Under the pieces are notes generated by a model. It did not search any database and was not told the origin of the DNA. It worked only from the letters and a program-made list of their open reading frames with translations. From positions 1 to 11,144 of the forward strand of contig NW_021827091.1 of the NCBI RefSeq assembly GCF_006345805.1: 11,144 nt of DNA, given 5' to 3'. Of the stretch, positions 1-7,009 are shown piece after piece; positions within the stretch are counted from its first letter, which is position 1, and each line of letters opens with the position of its first letter. Source of the DNA: Octopus sinensis (Eukaryota). The position numbers and the translations under genes were made by a program.

Positions 1-27
1 TTTATATATGTATGTAATGTATGTATT

Positions 28-59
<32 letters not shown>

Positions 60-95
60 TGTATGTATGTATGTATGTATGTATGTATGTATGTG
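1..95. repeat. (TATG)n microsatellite
   Basis: Near-perfect TATG tandem array read directly from the sequence. Confidence 0.97.
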
Positions 96-455
96 CAAGA
101 CCCTGCCTCAGTAAAGCTGGACTCATGAGTCATCTTCGTAGTCATAAAACGAGACAGATGAGTGACAACCTGGCCACTGGTGGTGGTGTAACACACCATA
201 CTAATCATATCTGTCGGGCATGTGGAAGAGAGTGTAATTCGGCAGGAGGACTTAAACGACATGGAAAGGTACATGAGGCCCAGTTACAACTACAGCCGGC
301 TATTACCAGTAAAGGTTTTAGCTGCCAATTCTGTACAAGACATTGTAGATCTTTAGCTGGGCTAAAAAGTCACATTCGACCACAGCACCAGTAACAGTTA
401 AGCTTCGTGCAATGGCCATACTCGATAACGAGGGGGCAGCCATAATGTATGTATA
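92..455 (+). mobile_element. 5'-truncated RTE-like non-LTR retrotransposon 3' end: C-terminal C2H2 fingers, short 3' UTR, ATGT tail
   Basis: The frame ending at TAA 392-394 encodes CARPCLSKAGLMSHLRSH, CRACGRECNSAGGLKRHGKVH and CQFCTRHCRSLAGLKSHIRPQH (C-x2-C-x12-H-x3/4-H with a C-x-S-x-x-GL-x-x-H pattern and no TGEKP linkers). It is followed by a roughly 50-nt UTR with hairpin CTCG-ATAA-CGAG (421-432), then ATGTATGTAT. The clade call is inferred from the finger pattern and the tandem-repeat tail. Confidence 0.7.
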
Positions 456-460
456 TACGC

Positions 461-747
461 ATGATGTGGTTGTTCATATAACCTGAGATTGCCAGACTAT
501 CATCCCTGTACGAGGCTGAACTGTGGACGAGTGTACGTCACTTAGTTTATTTTAGATAAACTATCCCGATGAAGTCGGGAACCTCAGCTCCGTCGTAGCT
601 ACTCTTGATACGTGGAAGAGTCGATTACTTTCCTTTTTGCTACCAGTTGGAATTATGGAGAAACAGGAGTGAGTTGCTGGAGTTCTTAATGTTTCTGATA
701 CAGAAGTCGCAAATTCCGTTGAACTCTCTGTGAATGTCTATGTCCCA
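461..747 (-). mobile_element. Degenerate Penelope-like element reverse transcriptase fragment
   Basis: My minus-strand translation: IRNIKNSSNSLLFLHNSNW*...SSYDGAEVPDFIGIVYL...SYRDDSLAIS. SYDGAE is at 600-583 and YRDD at 510-499; the adjacent frame gives LFHVS just before SYDGAE. This matches the PLE RT pattern SLLF...W...FDVxMGSYDGAE...GLYRDDxL. Several stops and frameshifts are present. Confidence 0.8.
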
Positions 748-748
748 T

Positions 749-800
749 TCTTTTATTCTTTACCCTTCTAGGGGTTTCAGTCGAAGGACTGCCGCTCAAT
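749..800 (-). mobile_element. Short LINE/SINE 3'-tail remnant
   Basis: The minus strand reads CAGTC-CTTC-GACTG-AAAC...TAAAGAATAAAAGA. The SINE tails at 8505-8550 and 10435-10476 have the same layout of hairpin, GAAAC and TAAAAGA repeat. Confidence 0.5.
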
Positions 801-1365
801 ACATTTCCTATGGATATGAAAATAAGATTAAACTGGGTGAAAATTTTAATAGAATATTTTACTTTTGCTATTCCTTGTTTCTCATTTACAGTAAAATAAG
901 TTTCAAGTAATAATAATAAAAAAAAAAACTAAAATACAAATCGAATTAAAAACAACACATTTCTTACATTTCATAAAGAAAAAAATCTGTAAATGATTAA
1001 AGTGTAAATAATTAAAAAGAAATACGAAACAGAAATAATATATAGATTATTTTCAATGGAGTTCTATTGTTTGTTTTACGTTAAGCAGTTCTAAATGTGT
1101 AATGGAAGAGAATATAGATAAAAGGCGACAAACACAGAGGAGAATACTAGCATCAAGGATATCTATACCACGTGTACACTCGCGGGTATAAATAATATAC
1201 ATACATTACACTCACTAATAGACATACGACAGTAGGTCTCCATATGGACATTATTCAAGTAAACGTCACCTCATCTTCCCACCTCCTCCATTTTAAATTT
1301 ATCAGTGCACATGCGCACATATACACTTAGTATATACACAAAAGAGAAACTTGAAGTCGCAATAT

Positions 1366-1738
1366 ATGCTGAAAATCGCACCCAGATTTCCCTCAGATCA
1401 ATTCGGACTATTTTTAGTAGTAGGGAACATATTTGGATGGTGTGAGTGCTGGATAGTTTTAGAATGGCGGACTATCTATCCAAGGACAGCGTCTGGTTAT
1501 AGGTCCGCTGAATCGAGACCACCCTGGGCTAAAAAACAAACAAACATCAATAACAATATCATACAGGAATCTCTGCATAGAGGCTAGATCAGGTAGAAAT
1601 AGTAGCCAAAGCTTCCTGAATTCTGGAATACAGTGAATATCAAAGTTATAGTTAAATGATTTTGATCTTAGGCATGCGCAGTAAAATTTGATCCGGGAAT
1701 AAACAACTATAAAAGCAGTAGTATCAACAGCAACAAAG

Positions 1739-1740
<2 letters not shown>
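1366..1740 (+). repeat. Possible pair of old interspersed-repeat 3' ends with (AAC)-rich tails
   Basis: Two loosely similar blocks: GAAAATCGCACCCAGATTTCC...CCTGGGCTAAAAAACAAAC (1371-1545) and GAAATAGTAGCCAAAGCTTCC...CCGGGAATAAACAAC (1596-1707). They are highly diverged, so the alignment is uncertain. Confidence 0.3.
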
Positions 1741-1742
<2 letters not shown>

Positions 1743-1789
<47 letters not shown>

Positions 1790-1820
1790 CTATCTGTCTA
1801 CCTATCTACCTATCTATCTA

Positions 1821-1867
<47 letters not shown>

Positions 1868-1888
1868 GTCTACCTTTCTACCTATCTA

Positions 1889-1973
<85 letters not shown>

Positions 1974-1995
1974 ATATCTATCTGTCTGTTTATCT
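1743..1995. repeat. Compound (TC)n-(TCTA)n-(TCTG)n microsatellite
   Basis: Read directly from the sequence. Confidence 0.97.
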
Positions 1996-2084
1996 AAATA
2001 CATACATATATTGACTGAGACATGCACACATATGCTAATGTTTAAAAAGATGAACACGAACAGTTAATGAATCTTTCTGATTTT

Positions 2085-2370
2085 GGAGCAAGGTCAGCAG
2101 TTTTGAGAAGAGCGGGTAAATAATAGGAATGAAAGGTAAAGTTGGCCCTTGAACTCAGACCTTAAAACGTAAGGAATCAGACACACACAGACATATATAT
2201 ATATATACACAGAAATACACACACACAGACATATCACATACAGACATGCGCACACACACAGACATATACGCACAGACATAGACACACAGTCATACACACG
2301 CACACAGACATACACACGCACACAGACATATACACTGAAGAAATGCCGCTAAATATTTTATCTTAGGCGA
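2085..2370 (-). mobile_element. Highly degenerate SINE family A copy split by a CA-rich minisatellite
   Basis: CAAGGTCAGCAGTTTT, GGAATGAAAGGTAAAGTTGGCC, TTGAACTCAGA..AACGTAA and GAAATGCCGCTAAATATTTT align in order with the family A copies at 6793-7222. Confidence 0.55.
2178..2335. repeat. CA-rich minisatellite with recurring ACACAGACATA unit
   Basis: Read directly from the sequence. Confidence 0.9.
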
Positions 2371-2514
2371 AAGTGTCAAAGAATAAAAGTCTTGCGGAGT
2401 TTAAATGTTTTGATTTCAATGAAGGATAAGAACGGTAGTAACCCATCGGATAATTTTGAATGTATAACAATAATTCTTATTGTTTCTCGGCTAATTGAAA
2501 AGTAAACTTGATTC

Positions 2515-2592
2515 CTAGCAGTAATCGAACCCTGACCTTAAGAATATAGGGTGATGTAAATAAATACTGTTTCCTCCACTCTGCTGCCATCT
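2515..2592 (-). mobile_element. Possible eroded tRNA-derived SINE head
   Basis: The minus strand has A-box-like TGGCAGCAGAGTGG and B-box-like GGTTCGATTAC. No cloverleaf and no recognisable body. Confidence 0.25.
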
Positions 2593-2720
2593 ACTAAACA
2601 ATTAAAAGAAGAAGAAAAACAGGAAATGTGGAGGTAGAGAAGTAATTGATATAGCTGGTGTACTTTTTGATAATATTTTTATGTATGATGAAAACTCATT
2701 CGAGGTTAGACATTAATAGA

Positions 2721-2875
2721 CCTTTCTATCATAGGTACAATGCTTGGAATTTCGACCTCGAAAGGATGAAAGTCAAAGTCGACCTTGGTGGAATGTGAAC
2801 TCCCGAAAGTAAAGACGGACGAGATGTTGCTAAGTATTTTGTCCAGGACGATGACAATTCCGCCAGCTCACCATT
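2721..2875 (-). mobile_element. tRNA-derived SINE family A, internally deleted copy
   Basis: TCGACCTCGAAAGGATGAAAGTCAAAGTCGACCTTGGTGGAATGTGAACTC...CGCCAGCTCACC aligns with 4909-5030 and 7088-7222. Confidence 0.85.
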
Positions 2876-2876
<1 letters not shown>

Positions 2877-2933
<57 letters not shown>

Positions 2934-2945
2934 TAAAATAATAAT
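2877..2945. repeat. (AAT)n microsatellite
   Basis: Read directly from the sequence. Confidence 0.97.
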
Positions 2946-3497
2946 GCCCTGATGCAGTATCAGGCAGTAGCTCACATGGCTTCTGATCTTAACTGATTGG
3001 AAGTGTTATCATGTACATTGTTTTGTCTTGGTATAAAAGATGGGCTACAGCAAATATTCTGCTCAATACCACAGATTTGCTTGTCAGTTGTTTGACCATA
3101 ACCAGTTGACCATGTCCCTTGGTGGCTGACGATATGTGCATATCTGACCACGAGCAGAAGTAGTGGGGGTGGGTATCATAGTCATGTGTTGAGAGGGATT
3201 CTTTGGGGATTGAATAATTCACCTCTGGAAATATGGGTGTTTCATTCAACATCCTTAAATAATCCTTATTCAGGGACCTTTTGAGCGGGATGGGTTACTC
3301 GACTAGAAGAAAATTCTAACTGGGCCCCACCTACAAGGTCATGTGCTGTTTATCTTGATATGAGATCACCATGTCGCGCACATATGTGATGCATGTGCCT
3401 GGTGTACCCTTATCAGACGGGTAGTCATGATGGGTATACTGGGCTTCGTATATATTATCCCAGTGTCACTTTGATGACATGCACTGGTCTCTCACTC
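2946..3497. mobile_element. 552-bp non-coding interspersed element bounded by (AAT)n on both sides, class unknown
   Basis: Sharp boundaries with AAT tracts and higher GC than the flanks. Terminal hairpin CCTGAT-GCAGT-ATCAGG at 2948-2964. No recognisable protein motif in the overlapping ORFs, no TIRs and no pol III boxes seen. Confidence 0.6.
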
Positions 3498-3524
3498 AAT
3501 AATAATAATAATAATGATAATTAT

Positions 3525-3978
3525 AATGCAAAGATCCTATGTGATTTTATGATTCAGTGCGACCATGAGATAGAGAATAGGAAACCAGACAGTGTAATTG
3601 AGAAAGAAAACAAATTATACTGGATCACATATATAGCATAACCAGGTGACAACAAAGTAGGCGATAAGGTAGAAAGAAAAGTCGATGCACATGACAGGTT
3701 AGCGTAGGAGGTTAAGCAGTTGTGGTCGATAAAAAGGTGATAAAATTACAAATAATTGTCGGGGCCCTGGGAACAGTGAGTAAAAATCTTGGGAAGTACA
3801 TGGATCAAATAGGGGCTGCAATAAGGGTGGAGTACTTGCAGAAAACAGCACTGCTTGGAACCGCTCGAATGCTCCGGATGGTGCTCGAAAAATAAGGAGT
3901 GTTACCTTAGTTTACTGGTAGTGAACAGTTGGTTCCGTGTTACATCTCCAGCGATAGAAGCTGTGGCAAAGACAATAG
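3525..3978 (+). mobile_element. 5'-truncated RLE-type (R4/Dong-like) non-LTR retrotransposon, family 1: endonuclease domain plus 3' UTR
   Basis: NAKILCDFMIQCDHEIENRKPDSVIEKENKLYWITYIA*PGDNKVGDKVERKVDAHDRLA*EVKQLWS, then a frameshift, then IIVGALGTVSKNLGKYMDQIGAAIRVEYLQKTALLGTARMLRMVLEK* (stop 3893-3895). This matches the PD-(D/E)xK restriction-like endonuclease C-terminus (RPD...K..KY..L...W...P.V.GALG...QK..LLGTA.ILR). Flanked by (AAT)n. Confidence 0.88.
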
Positions 3979-4116
3979 ATAATAATAATAAATAATAATA
4001 ATAATAATAATAATATATAATAATAATAATAATAATAAATGTAATAATAATATATATAATAATAATAATAATAATATAATAATAATAATAATAATAATAG
4101 CAGAATAATAATAATA
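3979..4116. repeat. Imperfect (AAT)n microsatellite
   Basis: Read directly from the sequence. Confidence 0.97.
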
Positions 4117-4617
4117 AATGACAAAAATAGATGCGAATAGGCAGACACAAATCATGCCTCCTCATCTGTATAACCGTTCCAACCGACATAAATGTAGCTA
4201 TCAAGACCTACCAAAAACTGAGCAAGTATAAAGATCGTGAAATAGAAATTGGCAAAATGTGGAACCTCAACACTAAAACAATACCTGTTGTCATGGGTGC
4301 CCTAGGAATGATAGTAAAACAGGGTGACTGCTACCTAGCTCAGATACTAGGAAACCCCAAAACGGCAGAAATTCAAAAGATAGTGCTCATGGGAACTGCC
4401 CATATCCTACGTAAAATATTGTCTATGTAATCTCAAATTTTAAAACAAACTCATACTTTTCTTGTTTTCTTAAACATTCTCTGGAACAATGCGACGGGCA
4501 AAACCAAATATATGGCACCCTAGGCATAACACCAACATGAAGTTCTAACTTGTTGTCTTTTGAGGTCTCTGGCTGAGACTTGGAGCCAGCTTGTACAAAT
4601 ACAAAGAAAAGTCAAAC

Positions 4618-4619
<2 letters not shown>
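4117..4619 (+). mobile_element. 5'-truncated RLE-type (R4/Dong-like) non-LTR retrotransposon, family 2: endonuclease domain plus 3' UTR
   Basis: IDANR precedes KSCLLICITVPTDINVAIKTYQKLSKYKDREIEIGKMWNLNTKTIPVVMGALGMI...EIQKIVLMGTAHILRKILSM* (stop 4428-4430). A UTR of about 190 nt follows, then (AAT)n. Confidence 0.9.
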
Positions 4620-4685
<66 letters not shown>

Positions 4686-4711
4686 GTGGTAATGATAATG
4701 ATTATTATTAT
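4620..4711. repeat. (AAT)n microsatellite grading into ATG/ATT triplets
   Basis: Read directly from the sequence. Confidence 0.95.
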
Positions 4712-5029
4712 CTCAAATTTTTGCCATAAGGGAAGCATGGAGGAGCTGGGAAGAGTCGATTACATCAATCCCAGTGTTCAACTAGTACTTATTTTATCGA
4801 CGGTGAAATACCTATTTCTTTACTACCCACAAGGAGCTAAACACAGAGTGGACAGACAACGGATTAAGTTCGATTATATCGACCCCATGTTAACTAGTAC
4901 TTATTTAATCGATCCCGAAAGAATAAAGGCAAAGTCGACCTCGGCAGAATTTGAACGCAGAACGTACGGCAGACGAAATACGGCTACGCATTTCGCCCTG
5001 CGTGCTAACGTTTCTGCCAGCTCGCCGCC

Positions 5030-5031
<2 letters not shown>
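4712..5031 (-). mobile_element. Composite SINE family A locus: one tRNA-like head and two bodies with different tails
   Basis: Minus-strand head GGCGGCGAGCTGGCAGAAACGTTAG (A-box-like) and GCGTTCAAATTC (B-box-like). The central block TCGATTA(C/T)ATC..CCC..AACTAGTACTTATTT.ATCGA occurs twice (4756-4801, 4870-4913). GAAATAC is directly repeated at 4805-4811 and 4975-4981. Confidence 0.85.
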
Positions 5032-5065
<34 letters not shown>

Positions 5066-5109
5066 TAATAATATAATATATAATAATATAATAATAATAA
5101 TAATTACTG

Positions 5110-5172
<63 letters not shown>

Positions 5173-5187
5173 TAATAATAAAATAAT
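5031..5187. repeat. Imperfect (AAT)n microsatellite
   Basis: Read directly from the sequence. Confidence 0.97.
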
Positions 5188-5189
5188 AT

Positions 5190-5763
5190 TTCAAAACGAT
5201 TGATGTAACTCTTTCGCAAATGTAAATAGACAATGCGAAGACCGCGATGCGATTGTAATTATTGGTTGAACGATATTTCGACAGCAAACCTATCTTTGTC
5301 GAGTTCAAAATGAGGAGTAATAAAAATTCAAAACTATAGAAATTCAAATCCAAAATATGAACGGGAGCAACTAGCGCCCTCACGTTGATGGAATGACATC
5401 ATCAGTCTTCAAATTTTAAGTTTACAACTGGTAAAAAAGAAAAAGAAAGAAAAGAGAGAATAAGAATAGAAAAAAAGATGAATATTTAATCAGTCTTGTG
5501 TAAATTTGATGAAATTTTCCTGTCATTTTATTCATTGCTCGAGAGCGTGATGTTGATAATCCGCAAGCATATTTCTCCTCATGCATTTTGAGTACTGAAA
5601 GTGTAGCAGATTCAGAATATTTTCTGAGAATATTCACTTTCGAGTCTTTTTCAAAATTGCAGCCGCTTGATGCAAAATGTTCAGTAAGTTATGTCGAACT
5701 ACTTTTATTGTACCTGACGTCATATCTGTGACCATTAAATCTTCTGTTTAACTGTTGAATGGT
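5190..5763 (-). mobile_element. Penelope-like element 3' relic: C-terminal half of GIY-YIG endonuclease plus putative pLTR region
   Basis: Minus-strand translation from 5763: TIQQLNRRFNGHRYDVRYNKSSST*LTEHFASSGCNFEKDSKVNILRKYSESATLSVLKMHEEKYACGLSTSRSRAMNK. This matches PLE GIY-YIG T..L..R..GHR...L..HF...IL...E..Y..L.T...N. The GIY/YIG motifs themselves are absent (truncated). Hammerhead-like motifs lie downstream. Confidence 0.8.
5266..5308 (-). ncRNA. Degenerate minimal type I hammerhead-ribozyme-like motif
   Basis: Minus strand: TTGAAC (stem I) TCGACAAA (non-canonical core) GATAG-GTTTG-CTGTC (stem II) GAAA-TA-TC GTTCAA (stem I'). The layout fits PLE minimal hammerheads, but the CUGANGA box is not intact. 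Confidence 0.45.
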
Positions 5764-6687
5764 GACACATTCAACTCCCTAATCTCAGCAAGACGTTGGC
5801 CGTGATAGCTGGAGATTAAGAAGTTGTCATTCCTCAAAGTGGTTGCAGAATGGCACCTGGCTTCTTCTTCTGTCCCAAATCTCACTTCAATAGTTCCAAA
5901 CTTCTTTTCTGGGGTGATGTGGGTCTTTTGTTCCCAAACGTTCCCGAGGCATTTTTGCATTTCGCTCTCAGGAGCATTTTTCATATGCTACCGTGCATCC
6001 AAAGATGTTCTCTATCACGTTGGATGGAGGGTTTAAAGCAACCCTACTGCCATTCCTTTTTACCATTTTCCTTACCATTTAAAAATTTTCATCTATGCGG
6101 AAATTTTCCATATTTCTTACTGCAAATGCAAAAAACAAAAAACAAAAGCAAAATTCGCGTTTTTATGTTTCATTTCTTTCGTATTGTTGTTGCGATTGTT
6201 ATTGTTGCTGCTGCTGCTGTTGTTATTTTTGTTGTTAGTGCTGTTCCTGTTGCTGTTGTTGTTGTTCATTTTGTCGACACCGAAAGTTTTGACGTTGCTT
6301 AAAGACGAAGCATTATTCGCCTCGGTGACGTCATTAACTTTGATCCATTCGATGTTCTTGTTTTCACTTTTTACTTCCGACGAGGAACGTGTTCCTTTGC
6401 CGAACATTATGATGGCTTCTTTATCAGCCATCTTTGAATAATTAAAGAAAGTTGCAAAATATTTGCTTTTGCCGAAAATAGTTAAAATTTTAAAATTATT
6501 GATGCCCACCTCGTGCAAAACAGAGGGTGTTTCTACACAGAAATCGTATCTGCGCACTTCAGACAATCTCAGAGTTGCAATAGTAACAATAAAAATGAAC
6601 ACACGAGGTCTTAGATAACCGAAAAGATTACAAACATTTCAACTTTCGGAGCTCCAAATTTCCGTGACTTTACTGAACGGCGGCCAT
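5764..6687 (-). mobile_element. Possible LINE 5' UTR plus decayed ORF1 (gag/RRM-like) N-terminal region
   Basis: AAGATGGC start context at 6431 gives MADKEAIIMF..., then an Asn-rich AAC/AGC tract, then broken frames VIENIFGCTVAY and KKFGTIEVRFGTEEEARCHSATTLRNDNFLISSYHGQRLAEIRELNVSP. These resemble L1/Tx1-type ORF1 RRM-like segments. No zinc knuckle is present to confirm it. Confidence 0.4.
6183..6267. repeat. Imperfect (TTG/CTG)n trinucleotide repeat
   Basis: Read directly; encodes poly-Asn/Ser on the minus strand. Confidence 0.9.
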
Positions 6688-6788
6688 AAAAAGTCGACAG
6701 ATATGACAGGTTAACTTGGGAGGTTAAGCAGTTGTGATCGATGAAAAAGTTGGCAGTAGTACCAATAATTATCGGTACCAATAATTGT
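6688..6788 (+). mobile_element. Internal fragment of RLE family 1 (same family as 3525-3978)
   Basis: AAAAGTCGACAGATATGACAGGTTAACTTGGGAGGTTAAGCAGTTGTGATCGAT aligns with 3677-3730 and translates KVDRYDRLTWEVKQL*SMKKLAVVPIIIG. It ends in a 12-bp duplication GTACCAATAATT (6759-6770, 6775-6786). Confidence 0.88.
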
Positions 6789-6792
6789 GGGA

Positions 6793-6970
6793 AGGAGGAG
6801 AATCATCGAACATATCGTCACCAGTACTTGACTGGTACTTACTTTATCGACCCCGAAAGTATGAAAGGCAAAATTGACCTCGGCGGAATTTGAACTCTGA
6901 CTGTAAAGACAGACAAAATGCTGATAAGCATTTAGCTTGGTGTGCTAACGATTCTTTTAGCTCCTGCCTT
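6793..6970 (-). mobile_element. tRNA-derived SINE family A copy lacking its tail
   Basis: ACTGGTACTTACTTTATCGACCCCGAAAGTATGAAAGGCAAAATTGACCTCGGCGGAATTTGAACTC...GTGCTAACGATTC. The minus-strand B box is GAGTTCAAATTCC. Confidence 0.88.
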
Positions 6971-7009
6971 AACAACAACAACAACAATGATAATAATGAT
7001 AATAATAAT
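6971..7009. repeat. (AAC)n/(AAT)n spacer between tandem SINEs
   Basis: Read directly from the sequence. Confidence 0.9.

Noticed and set aside
8-394. Host C2H2 zinc-finger transcription factor gene
   Set aside because: There are no TGEKP linkers, the N-terminus is microsatellite, and a short hairpin UTR with tandem-repeat tail follows. A LINE 3' end explains it better.
509-597. Cloverleaf-like fold (hairpins GACG/CGTC, TAGTTTAT/ATAAACTA, TCCCGA/TCGGGA inside a closing stem)
   Set aside because: It lacks tRNA D/T-loop consensus and lies wholly within the PLE RT coding relic on the opposite strand, so it is probably fortuitous.
556-668. Plus-strand candidate exon (TTTTAG...GA|GTGAGT)
   Set aside because: It is antisense to the recognisable RT motifs and its peptide is unrecognisable.
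2946-3000. U2 snRNA resemblance (CCTG..TGCAGTA..CAGG hairpin; TAAGATCA on the minus strand)
   Set aside because: The matches are short and on opposite strands, with no branch-point recognition sequence or Sm site.
4940-5030. tRNA genes at SINE heads (also 7130-7222 and 8910-8974)
   Set aside because: Only A/B-box-like motifs are present, with no cloverleaf, and they run straight into SINE bodies.
2877-5187. CRISPR-like repeat-spacer array
   Set aside because: The repeats are variable-length trinucleotide tracts, the spacers are 300-550 bp retroelements, no cas genes are present, and the context is eukaryotic.
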